Virus record (IMG/VR): IMGVR_UViG_3300037141_000314
Location: 3,456 to 67,455 of that record
Strand: one strand, 5' to 3'
DNA from: a virus
Length of the DNA stretch: 64,000 nucleotides
The notes under the pieces: generated by a model
Told to the model about the DNA's origin: nothing
Seen by the model: the letters and a program-made list of their open reading frames with translations, nothing else
Database searches by the model: none
Translations under genes and position numbers: made by a program
Part shown: positions 46,411 through 54,483 of the stretch, piece after piece
How the letters are laid out: each line of letters opens with the position of its first letter
How positions within the stretch are numbered: the stretch's first letter is position 1

Positions 46411-46713
46411 TCACGCAGCCGCGGCCATTGCGCGCGAAGTCTCTATTTCCCGCAAAGACGCAAAGGTCCGCAAAGCCGGATCCGGCAATGGCTCGGGTTT
46501 CTTTGCATCTGCCTTTGCGCCTTGGCGTGAAACCGTGCGCGGGCGGTAGTTTTCGATGCGCCAGGGGCATTCAATCTGCAGGCGCAGCCATTCGTTAACC
46601 TGGCGCAAATCGCGCGCCTCGCGGCAGAGCGCCTCGCGCTGCTCGTATTCGCGGGCGGCGATCGCCGGGCGGTCGGCATCGTCATGAGGGCCGTCGCTAT
46701 ATTGCCGTGTCAT
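46411..46713 (-). CDS. hypothetical protein containing an in-frame palindromic element
   Basis: Coupled ORF; the RQGAKADAK...FASLRE segment is encoded by the hairpin. Confidence 0.45.
   Translation of the reverse strand: MTRQYSDGPHDDADRPAIAAREYEQREALCREARDLRQVNEWLRLQIECPWRIENYRPRTVSRQGAKADAKKPEPLPDPALRTFASLREIETSRAMAAAA
46446..46532. repeat. REP-like palindromic element
   Basis: TTTCCCGCAAAGACGCAAAG ... CTTTGCGCCTTGGCGTGAAA. Confidence 0.7.
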
Positions 46714-46960
46714 TCGTTGCCCGCAGCCGTTCGATCTCGCTCGCCATCGTCGTCACCAGAATCGAGAGCCGTTCGATTTCGCTCGCCATCAGATCGATGC
46801 GGTTGTGGATTCCGAGCTTTGCGTAGAGCTTCTGCGCATAAATCTTGACCGTGCCGTGCGTGAGACCCATCTGGGCGGCGATCTCTTTGCCGATCAGCCG
46901 CGTAAACAGCAGCGCCCGCAATTCCACGTGCCAGGGGATGGCGCGCCGGGGATATCTCAT
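46697..46960 (-). CDS. LuxR-type HTH regulator
   Basis: KEIAAQMGLTHGTVKIYAQKLYAKLGIHNR. Confidence 0.85.
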   Translation of the reverse strand: MRYPRRAIPWHVELRALLFTRLIGKEIAAQMGLTHGTVKIYAQKLYAKLGIHNRIDLMASEIERLSILVTTMASEIERLRATNDTAI

Positions 46961-47226
46961 TTCGCGGTCGCCCTCACGTCGCTTGCGTACATCGCGTTCG
47001 GTCCGACAGGCAGATCTGCGACCCGAACCTGCGGCGCCAACTTTAGAGCCTCCAGCGCCGCACATTTCCAGGCGCCGCGCACGCCCGGCGACGAGTCTTC
47101 GAACGCCAGCGGTTCGAAAAACGGCCCGAAGCGCGAGGCGATGAACGCGGTGTAGAGAAATTCCGTGAAGTCGAAAAGCGAGAGGCCTTCGGGCTTCGGA
47201 ACGGGAATCGGAACGGGAACGGTCAA
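46957..47226 (-). CDS. hypothetical protein
   Basis: Coupled ORF in the late operon. Confidence 0.45.
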   Translation of the reverse strand: MTVPVPIPVPKPEGLSLFDFTEFLYTAFIASRFGPFFEPLAFEDSSPGVRGAWKCAALEALKLAPQVRVADLPVGPNAMYASDVRATAK

Positions 47227-47660
47227 GAGCCCACCTGCTCGATGGTGCCTTCCCAGATGAACTCGCTAAGCGGTCGATGTGTCCCGCAAGAGCAGCAAAA
47301 TGTCCCGCCGTAGAACTGCGGATCTCTCGCATATGTCTCAGCGATCGCGCGATTCATACTGGTGCGCGTGAGGCAGCCTCCGGGAAACGGCTTCACGCCA
47401 CCGCGAATCGGATATTCAAAGCGGCTGTAGTCAGCCTCCCTGTAACGACTATCCATCCCGGAATTGTCATCAACGAGTGGTGGCGCGCCGACATGGATGT
47501 ACGCCATGCGTACGGGTCGCACGAAGCCTTTCGCGCGCTCTTCTGCCGTCAGAACGACATATCCCTTTTGCTGGCCGGTCGCGGGGTTGATCTCGCGATG
47601 ATCCTCTGTGACGGGCGAACCGTCCGTAAGAACGCGCGCGCTTCGATCTACTTCGTTCAT
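47223..47660 (-). CDS. conserved-looking phage Cys protein
   Basis: GQQK.YVVL..EERAKGFVRPVR..Y.H...IAETYARDP.FYG.TFC..C motif. Confidence 0.7.
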   Translation of the reverse strand: MNEVDRSARVLTDGSPVTEDHREINPATGQQKGYVVLTAEERAKGFVRPVRMAYIHVGAPPLVDDNSGMDSRYREADYSRFEYPIRGGVKPFPGGCLTRTSMNRAIAETYARDPQFYGGTFCCSCGTHRPLSEFIWEGTIEQVGS

Positions 47661-48190
47661 GATTTCTTCGCCTTCGGCGCGTCGGCTTTTTTCGCGACGC
47701 AGTCTGCGCTTTCGATCTCAACAGGCGTGTCCCTGCCGAAGATCGGAAGCAATAGCGTGAGAAGCGTGCCGCCTTTGATTCGACTGATCACGGCGGAGCG
47801 TCCCGCGAAGTTTCCCTTCGCCACCGTTACCGCCTGGCCCAGAACATATGTCTGCAGCGAGGGGGCAGCGGCGGCGGTTTCGATTACGAGGCGCAAGTCA
47901 GCGATCTCGGAATCAGGAATCGAAATAGGAATCTGGTCAGTACTCAAAATCGTTACAACGCCGCGCGTCCGGCGAATCAGCGGCGCGCTGAGTGGATCAA
48001 ACCGCGCAAAGATGTATCCCGGGAACAGGGGCCTTGTCGTGACTTTTTCGCGATCCGACCACTTCACTCGCTCGTCCCACGTCGGCAGAAATTCCTCGAC
48101 GCCTTCGCCGCGGAGCTGGTCGCGAACGGAAAACTCGAAACGTGATCTGGTGACCACACAAAACCAAGCCGGTACCGGTACGGTCAGCAT
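47657..48190 (-). CDS. NusG paralogue (RfaH/UpxY/LoaP-like antiterminator)
   Basis: W..V.TRSR.E, PLFPGYIF NGN domain, KOW motif GQ.V.V..G.FAG. Confidence 0.9.
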   Translation of the reverse strand: MLTVPVPAWFCVVTRSRFEFSVRDQLRGEGVEEFLPTWDERVKWSDREKVTTRPLFPGYIFARFDPLSAPLIRRTRGVVTILSTDQIPISIPDSEIADLRLVIETAAAAPSLQTYVLGQAVTVAKGNFAGRSAVISRIKGGTLLTLLLPIFGRDTPVEIESADCVAKKADAPKAKKS

Positions 48191-48237
48191 GCGTTTGAAC
48201 CTAGTAAATACAGGGGTTTTAGCGCAAACTGGTAAGT

Positions 48238-49089
48238 ATGAAGTGGGTTATCTATACCCTGAAAAACCCGCGCACAAGTGAGGTCCGGTATGTCGGCTGG
48301 ACTGTACGAGTTCCAGGCAAACGATTGCGTCATCACATCAACGAATCGCTCAAGCTTCAGCAAACTCACAAGCAGCGCTGGATTATGTCGCTTTTGAGCA
48401 TCGGATTGGAACCTGTCATCGACGTAATCGAATCCGGCTCGGGCCCGGGCTGGCAAGACGCTGAGATTCGCTGGATCGCGTTCTATCGGGCCACTGGATC
48501 GTGTCTCACGAACGCCACTGACGGCGGAGACGGACTTCTGGGATGCCGCGCGTCTGAGGAGCGCAAATCTCGCATTAGAGCGTTCTGGGCAGCTCTTACC
48601 CCGGAAGAACGTAAGGCCCGCGCGAAACACGCGCGCGATGAAAGGACGGTGGATTCGTTCGCCGCTATAAGTCGCGCAACAAGCGCGTCTATGGCGCTTA
48701 TGACTCCCGAACAGCGCAGCGCAAACGGGAAAAAAGGATCCGATGCCATCCCCTTGGAGAAACGCAGCCAGGCTATGGCTGCCCTGATGGCATCTTTTTC
48801 CCCCGAACAAAGAACTGAGAATGCGAGAAAAGCAGGCAAGACATCGCAGGCGAACCATTCCGCCGAGGAACGTCGCGCGCGTATGGCCCACGCCTACGCG
48901 AGTCGATCCCGCGAGGAATGCACTGCAACCGCGCTGCGGAATGCAGCTCAGATGAACGCCGGGCTCACCTACACCCAGAGAAGCGCGGCTCGCAAAAAAG
49001 GCTGGGCGGACACGACTCCTGAGGAGCGCAGCGCAATTATTAAAAGAGGCCACATAACCCGCGCGGCCAATAAGGCAGCGCAAAAGTGA
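48238..49089 (+). CDS. GIY-YIG endonuclease with tandem 'TPEERS'-like C-terminal repeats
   Basis: VIYTL.NP....RYVG.T...RL..H...E..WI..Y....LTN.TDGGDG. Confidence 0.85.
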   Translation: MKWVIYTLKNPRTSEVRYVGWTVRVPGKRLRHHINESLKLQQTHKQRWIMSLLSIGLEPVIDVIESGSGPGWQDAEIRWIAFYRATGSCLTNATDGGDGLLGCRASEERKSRIRAFWAALTPEERKARAKHARDERTVDSFAAISRATSASMALMTPEQRSANGKKGSDAIPLEKRSQAMAALMASFSPEQRTENARKAGKTSQANHSAEERRARMAHAYASRSREECTATALRNAAQMNAGLTYTQRSAARKKGWADTTPEERSAIIKRGHITRAANKAAQK

Positions 49090-49214
49090 TGCCGCTACGC
49101 GTGGCTGCCTGGCGGCAGCCGTCTCCTGCGGGGGGCAGGCCTCGGACGTCAGATGCACAAAGTGCCTTCCAGTCCCAGGCGCAGAGCGCATTTGGAAACT
49201 TTACTTAGCGGCAA
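49090..49214 (-). ncRNA. putative structured leader RNA of the late operon
   Basis: Closed by TGCCGCTA/TAGCGGCA with three internal hairpins; starts 6 nt after a promoter motif. Confidence 0.5.
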
Positions 49215-49220
49215 ACTACC

Positions 49221-49250
49221 TTATCGGCGCGCGCCGGGAAATCGTGCAAA
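49221..49250 (-). promoter_or_regulatory. phage sigma-28-like promoter, copy 1
   Basis: TTTGCACG-N14-GCCGATAA. Confidence 0.8.
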
Positions 49251-49261
49251 CCGCGCTTCGG

Positions 49262-49603
49262 CTACCCGCGCGGAGTCCGGTCCATCGAATTCCTGATTTC
49301 TCTGATGTCCTGCCGAATTTCGTCCAAACGCTGAGAAAGGGCGAGGAAATCGCCGCGCGTGACCATATTGCTTTCAACGGCAGCAACGCGGCGGTCAATC
49401 TCGTCGGCCTTAGTCGCGAGCGATACCGCAGCCCGCGCGTTAACCGTGCTCTCCGTTTCGAGGAGCGCCACACGGTGTTCCATCGCCTCCACCTTAGTGA
49501 TCGTGGCGGAGCCGGACCGCGTGGCGCCGAACAGCGCGCCCAGCGCCATGCCGGCCATCGAAAGAATGGCAGCGAACAGCGGGGATGAAAAGAACGGTTC
49601 CAA
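49262..49603 (-). CDS. membrane-anchored coiled-coil protein (holin-like)
   Basis: N-terminal TM helix plus coiled coil; TTG start 6 nt after the promoter. Confidence 0.65.
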   Translation of the reverse strand: MEPFFSSPLFAAILSMAGMALGALFGATRSGSATITKVEAMEHRVALLETESTVNARAAVSLATKADEIDRRVAAVESNMVTRGDFLALSQRLDEIRQDIREIRNSMDRTPRG

Positions 49604-49609
49604 TAGTGG

Positions 49610-49639
49610 TTATCGGCGCGCGGCGGGAAATCGTGCAAA
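49610..49639 (-). promoter_or_regulatory. phage sigma-28-like promoter, copy 2
   Basis: TTTGCACG-N14-GCCGATAA. Confidence 0.8.
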
Positions 49640-49760
49640 TGGCGGAAACGGGGCGGGTTTATTTTCGCGGATTCGATTGACAATAAACAGCAAACGGAGC
49701 TAAGCTGAAGGAGTACTGAATTAGACCAGCCTGGCAACTCCGGGCGGAGAACAAAAAACG

Positions 49761-49937
49761 ATGTCAGACACGCAGATGATTATCCTGGTCGCCATGCCGC
49801 TCCTTGGCATCGCCAGCAACGTAGCACTTTTCCTTTACATAGCGAGCCGGGTCGACAAACTGGCGGATAAGGTCGGCACGCTTACCGACCGCGTTACGCG
49901 CCTCGAAGAGCACGGCCCGAAGCTGGTGACCGCGTAG
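49761..49937 (+). CDS. small TM plus coiled-coil protein (not in ORF track)
   Basis: MSDTQMIILVAMPLLGIASNVALFLYIASRVDKLADKVGTLTDRVTRLEEHGPKLVTA; GGAG RBS. Confidence 0.6.
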   Translation: MSDTQMIILVAMPLLGIASNVALFLYIASRVDKLADKVGTLTDRVTRLEEHGPKLVTA

Positions 49938-50008
49938 GCAAAGGCAGGGCGCGGCCTTCGCGCCATTTTTTATTCGACCAGCGCGGCATTCCGCGCGGAG
50001 GAAAAACG

Positions 50009-50224
50009 ATGACAAATGAGATTGTGGTTTACGCTTACACGGCTAACGGGCGTGAGATACGCGAAGTGGAAATCGGCGGGCGTACGCTCTACCGCGTCCA
50101 GCCGAAAAACGACAACTACTGGCTCTGGTGCCGTACTGCGCATGCCGCGCTCCAGGCCTTTTACGCGCCGGGACGGTTTCGTGCCGCGTCGGATCGACTT
50201 GCGGCGTGGGTGGCGAAGCAATGA
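50009..50224 (+). CDS. hypothetical protein
   Basis: GGAGG RBS. Confidence 0.55.
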   Translation: MTNEIVVYAYTANGREIREVEIGGRTLYRVQPKNDNYWLWCRTAHAALQAFYAPGRFRAASDRLAAWVAKQ

Positions 50225-50418
50225 TGTATATTTTCCGGGGCCGTCCCCGGACCACATGGAAGCTATGTGCCGTTCTCTTTTGCGACGCGTAGTCATGCAG
50301 TTTTTCCCGACCTTACCGGATCGGGCCTCATGAAAGCTGTTTCAGTACTTGGCTGCTTAAGTCGCTATTTTGCAACACTTCCGGGGATCAGAGATGATCC
50401 CCGGCCTCAAAAACTAAT

Positions 50419-50667
50419 ATGAAAATCACCGTTATCATAACGAAGGATAAGCAGCCGCGATCTTTCAGGTGGGGCATTCGCGCTGGCGTGAACCAACCGA
50501 ATGAACTGGGATTGTCGCGCGCTGAAGCCAACCCCGGTAAAGCGCGACGGGCTGCGGAAAGACTCTTCGGACCGCTCGAATGGATCGACGCGTCCGAAGT
50601 CGCCGACGAAAGAAATTCCTACGTGATCGAGTGCGCCAGAGTGGAGGCCTATGCCGCAGCAGACTAA
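50419..50667 (+). CDS. hypothetical protein
   Basis: 82-aa ORF with normal composition. Confidence 0.5.
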   Translation: MKITVIITKDKQPRSFRWGIRAGVNQPNELGLSRAEANPGKARRAAERLFGPLEWIDASEVADERNSYVIECARVEAYAAAD

Positions 50668-50844
50668 ACCCCTATCCGCGATCCGCCGCGCCGCCGCCGC
50701 AAAACGGAAAACGTTTGGCGCCGGCAGCGGCCGTCCAGCGATCGCGGACCGCTGCCCGTGCGGATCGATGACGCGGGCGCGGGCGGAAAAACGCCGGCAC
50801 GTGTGCGGGTGAAACGTCGCGCGAAATCGGAGTAAACTAGGCGC

Positions 50845-51219
50845 ATGCACGGTCTAGCAAGCATCACCCTCCCCTCTGCCAACTCCCTCGTTCGCGGCGC
50901 GCTGACTAATCTCCAGAACACGTCGAACGAAGCGCTCCGCTCGATCCCCGACAAGGCGGATCAGCTTATCTACTTTCAGGCCATACAGCAATGGGGCGCG
51001 GCGGGCTCGAAAGTGCCTGTCGGCATCACCCTCCCCATAGGCAATCTCCCGGTCCGGGGCGCGCTGAATAACATTCAGACGACGTCGACGGAATCGCTTG
51101 TCACAATGACCGAGAAGACAGACCAGCTCGTTTACTTCCAGGCCATCGAGCATTGGGGAGCGACGAACTGCAAATCGCTCAGCGCGCAGGGCGCGAAGAC
51201 ACACGGCGCGGCGGGCTAA
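50845..51219 (+). CDS. protein made of two 54-aa tandem repeats
   Basis: ITLP..N..VRGAL.N.Q.TS.E.L....K.DQL.YFQAI..WGA occurs twice; TAAACT-N6-ATG. Confidence 0.7.
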   Translation: MHGLASITLPSANSLVRGALTNLQNTSNEALRSIPDKADQLIYFQAIQQWGAAGSKVPVGITLPIGNLPVRGALNNIQTTSTESLVTMTEKTDQLVYFQAIEHWGATNCKSLSAQGAKTHGAAG

Positions 51220-51240
51220 AGCGCCGGCATCAGTGCGCGG

Positions 51241-51603
51241 TCAAACTTGGCTAAATGCCAACCGGGGCAGGCGCGGCGTCGACCAACTCCACGAATTTAC
51301 GGTGGACTGAGCTTCCCGCATCTTCACCTGGCGCTGAACCTCGGCGTCGACTTCTTCGGCTTCGCCGTTCGCAATCGCCTGTAGCCCGGCGATCAGCGCG
51401 CGGCGTTCGGCCATGCCGCCGAACTCGGCCGACGCGAATCGCGCCAGTAGCTTTTGGGCTACACGCAGGTTCAGCTTCAGGATGCCGGCCAGCGTCTTGG
51501 CGTCGACGACCACGGCGGGGCGGCCGGACGAACCAGACGTAAGGCGCTTCAGCGCCTCGATTCCGGCGGGAAGTCGTACAATCCATTCAGATTTGCGCGC
51601 CAC
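51241..51603 (-). CDS. putative HTH DNA-binding protein
   Basis: GGGAGG RBS; VDAKTLAGILKLNLRVAQKLL. Confidence 0.55.
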   Translation of the reverse strand: MARKSEWIVRLPAGIEALKRLTSGSSGRPAVVVDAKTLAGILKLNLRVAQKLLARFASAEFGGMAERRALIAGLQAIANGEAEEVDAEVQRQVKMREAQSTVNSWSWSTPRLPRLAFSQV

Positions 51604-51670
51604 GCGGCAACCTCCCTTTATCCTCTACGTTCGTTCGCGAAACGAACGAATCGACCGATTGTACCTTGGG

Positions 51671-51719
51671 TTGCAACACCTTGCAAGAGGTTGCAGATAT
51701 AACTTGCAAGGCACTGCAA
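51671..51719. promoter_or_regulatory. phased TTGCAA hexamer array
   Basis: Copies at 51671, 51681, 51691, 51704 and 51714. Confidence 0.65.
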
Positions 51720-51888
51720 CCCTCGCTATACTCGCAGTCGATAACCTGCGCGGGATATCGCGGATCGTGAACTTCCTGCTTCACGAGGCGCCGATCAAAT
51801 CGTGGGGATCCGAGGCAGCGGTTCAGGCCTGGATCAATGCCGCCGCGGAGCGCGAGCGGCTGCTCCGCGAAGCGCCGGCGGTGAACGT

Positions 51889-52119
51889 ATGATCGCCGTG
51901 GCGGCAAAGACCGCAACCCCGGTCCACTTCGCGCCCGGCGATCGTGTGCGTATGTCCGCGACGAACAGCATCTGGAGCCGGCGAAGTGGAACGGTGGTTG
52001 CCCGGGTCGTGTCTAACGACACTCTACTTAGAGTGCGCTGGGACGGCACTAAGCATGAGCGCACGGTCGCGGAGGCGCGGCTGAAGAAAAGCTATCAGGA
52101 GGATCCATGCCGGAAGTGA
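51889..52119 (+). CDS. small SH3/KOW-like protein
   Basis: F.PGDRV....G.VV......VRWDG. Confidence 0.6.
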   Translation: MIAVAAKTATPVHFAPGDRVRMSATNSIWSRRSGTVVARVVSNDTLLRVRWDGTKHERTVAEARLKKSYQEDPCRK

Positions 52120-52442
52120 AGCACAAAATTGAAAAGCGCCCCGAACCGAAGCGAGATCTATCGGGCGAGATCCGCTGCCGCGTCTGCGGATGCACCGAGA
52201 CGTTCGCCTGCAATCCGCCGTGCGGCTGGACGCCAGGCGAAGAAGACCTGTGCACGAACTGCGCCGCAACCGTTCAGGTTATGGCCGTGTGGAACGAAGG
52301 CGCGCGGCGCGCCAACGTGTCGGCTCTGTTGCGCGAATATCGCCGGGAAATAAATCTTCCACAGGCCGCTCGAAGCCCGGAATTGAACGGTCTGTTCCGC
52401 AGCGAAACGCGCGCGGGAGAAGGGAAGCATGCCCGAGCCTGA
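52107..52442 (+). CDS. Cys-rich protein
   Basis: CRVCGCT...AC...C.W.....LCTNC. Confidence 0.65.
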   Translation: MPEVKHKIEKRPEPKRDLSGEIRCRVCGCTETFACNPPCGWTPGEEDLCTNCAATVQVMAVWNEGARRANVSALLREYRREINLPQAARSPELNGLFRSETRAGEGKHARA

Positions 52443-53025
52443 AGCCTTGCAGCAACCCGCTGCAACCGACAACAACCCATTGCAACCCGACGCCGCGGCG
52501 CTCACCAAGCCGGAGGTCTGCGAGCTGCTCGGCAAGTCCGAGCGCACCGTGAACACGTACATGAAAAGCCACCGCCTTCCGTCCCGCCTCATCGGCGGCA
52601 AGGCGGTCTTCGAACGCGGCAACGTCGAGCGCCTGAAAGCCGATCTCGAAACGCCGATTGTGCGCGGGGTGCCGATACTGTCCGGAATGGCAGTATCGCC
52701 CGCGGTATCAAATGATGCCGGCAACAGACCGGCAATGGACGGGCAAGATCCTGGCAACGGCGCGCTCGCCGTTATCGATTCCGGAACGATGACGACGTTC
52801 GCGCGATTCGCGGATGCGATCGCCGCGGCGGTTCGGCCGGCGGTGGCGCCTCCTCCACCGCCGGCGCTGCAGCAGTGGAAGACGCTGAAGGAGGCGGCCG
52901 AGTATTCAGGATTGCCGCCGCGGTGGCTGGCGAAGCAGGCTAAGGCGGGTGCGCCGTGGGCGATGAACGTGGGCACTGAGAAAACGCCGGACTGGCGGTT
53001 TCGGATCGCGGGAGGTGTGAAGTGA
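52429..53025 (+). CDS. excisionase-like protein with two winged-HTH domains
   Basis: LTKPEVCELLGKSERTV..Y and WKTLKEAAEYSGLP..WL. Confidence 0.8.
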   Translation: MPEPEALQQPAATDNNPLQPDAAALTKPEVCELLGKSERTVNTYMKSHRLPSRLIGGKAVFERGNVERLKADLETPIVRGVPILSGMAVSPAVSNDAGNRPAMDGQDPGNGALAVIDSGTMTTFARFADAIAAAVRPAVAPPPPPALQQWKTLKEAAEYSGLPPRWLAKQAKAGAPWAMNVGTEKTPDWRFRIAGGVK

Positions 53026-53291
53026 AGCGAACGCAGCTGCAGCCCTTTACCGGATGGCTCCCAAAATGGGTCAAGGATTTACTGATGCGCCTCGGCGTCG
53101 GCGACTGCCTCATTGAATATTGCAATGAGTGTGGAAGGCTTCAGCCGCTCGTCTGGTGGTGTCGCGATAACGCTCTTTGGCGCGAGGTAAACGGCGGCTC
53201 CGAAGGCGGCGCGCTCTGCCCGGCGTGCTTCAATATGCGCGCCAGTAAACTCGGCCACTTCATCCGGTGGTATCCGGAGGCCTCCGCATGA
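53022..53291 (+). CDS. Zn-binding hypothetical protein
   Basis: CNECG...LW......LCPACF. Confidence 0.55.
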   Translation: MKRTQLQPFTGWLPKWVKDLLMRLGVGDCLIEYCNECGRLQPLVWWCRDNALWREVNGGSEGGALCPACFNMRASKLGHFIRWYPEASA

Positions 53292-53713
53292 ACCCCGCGT
53301 TCCGGCCGCCGCCCGATTCGACGCGCCGCGAGGCGGAGGCGACGATTCGCGACTCTGGTCCGAAGTGCCCGTTTTACGGCGCATCGATTCACTGGGGCAG
53401 ACTGATCGTCGTCGGGCGAAACGTCAACGAGGCGTATCTACCGAGCAACCAATGCGCACTGATAACCTCCGCGCACTCACCCTGCTGGATGGAAGTCGGT
53501 GAATCGCGGCCGCCCGACTGGGCGGCGTGCCCGCGCAATCCGGAATTCGCGGCGCCTGGAATTCTCTGCCAGGTTCCTGTGGGCCAGCTCAGTGTTATAG
53601 GTCGAGTAATCATGCAGGCGACGGAGTTGGTACGGTTAACGCGCAAGCGGGACGCGGCCGAGTTGGAAGGAGAACACGGCCCGCGCGGCCGCTGCGGAGG
53701 CGGCATCGAATGA
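53288..53713 (+). CDS. hypothetical Cys protein
   Basis: CPFYG...NQCALI...HSPC.ME......W..CP. Confidence 0.55.
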   Translation: MNPAFRPPPDSTRREAEATIRDSGPKCPFYGASIHWGRLIVVGRNVNEAYLPSNQCALITSAHSPCWMEVGESRPPDWAACPRNPEFAAPGILCQVPVGQLSVIGRVIMQATELVRLTRKRDAAELEGEHGPRGRCGGGIE

Positions 53714-53937
53714 ACTTCCGCCAGAACCTCGACACGATCAACCGCCTCCTGAACCATCCCGACATCACGGGAATGGGCGGCTACTCGCTCGGCGTGATCT
53801 CGTCGCTCGCGGAGCAGGAAGGCGTCGTCGCGCCCGACGTGCTGCTTGAGGTCGGGGCGCAATGCCAGACGGTTGAGGCGGCGGTTGCGCTGTATAAGGC
53901 CTGGCGGAGGCCTCCATATGTTGCTCGGGAAGTCTGA
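53710..53937 (+). CDS. hypothetical protein
   Basis: ATGA-coupled last gene of the operon. Confidence 0.5.
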   Translation: MNFRQNLDTINRLLNHPDITGMGGYSLGVISSLAEQEGVVAPDVLLEVGAQCQTVEAAVALYKAWRRPPYVAREV

Positions 53938-53961
53938 GCGCGGCACTCGCCGAAAACGCAG

Positions 53962-53990
53962 AAAGGCCCGCCGGGTATCCAGCGGGCCTT
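53962..53990. terminator. hairpin terminator at a convergent junction
   Basis: AAGGCCCGC/GCGGGCCTT stem. Confidence 0.6.
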
Positions 53991-54014
53991 CGCGCTTAGC
54001 AGATCCGCGGCGCT

Positions 54015-54449
54015 TTACGGGGTGGACGCCACGACCGGAACTACCGGAATCGGGGCTCCCCCAGGAGGCGGCGGTACCGCGGGCGATGCCGGATTGGACG
54101 AGAGGACGCCGGCCGCGCTTGTGTTGTTGGCGGCCAGCGCATTTGTCGCGTTTTCAAGGGCGGAAAGATCGAGGACCGGGTTTGCCGCCTGCAGAGTAGC
54201 GATTTCCGCGTTCATCGTCGCGATGTTGGTGGTGTCGGCCGCCACCAGAGTTTCGAGGTTCTGAAGAACCAAAGTGTTGAGGCCCACCGCTGTGGTGAGG
54301 GCCGCGACGTCGGTTACAAATTGCGCGTTGGAAGACATAAGCTTTGCTCCTTGAATGACGAGTTTATTGACTGCCACCAGGACTTCGGCGAGCGTGAGCT
54401 GGAGGCCCTCGACCTCTGCGAGCGTTGCGTAATTGACAGTGACAGTCAT
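54015..54449 (-). CDS. coiled-coil protein with Pro-rich tail
   Basis: Heptad pattern; CATACT-N8-ATG. Confidence 0.6.
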   Translation of the reverse strand: MTVTVNYATLAEVEGLQLTLAEVLVAVNKLVIQGAKLMSSNAQFVTDVAALTTAVGLNTLVLQNLETLVAADTTNIATMNAEIATLQAANPVLDLSALENATNALAANNTSAAGVLSSNPASPAVPPPPGGAPIPVVPVVASTP

Positions 54450-54483
54450 CAGCCTCAAGTATGCGGCCAACCGACAATAAGTG

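Noticed and set aside
49090-49214. Hammerhead-like ribozyme suggested by CTGACG in a multistem RNA
   Set aside because: The CUGANGA and GAAA core is not present in the required arrangement.
49221-49639. Direct repeats flanking ORF 49262-49603 as att sites or mobile-element ends
   Set aside because: Two further copies conserve mainly the two boxes and their spacing, which fits a promoter rather than a recombination site.
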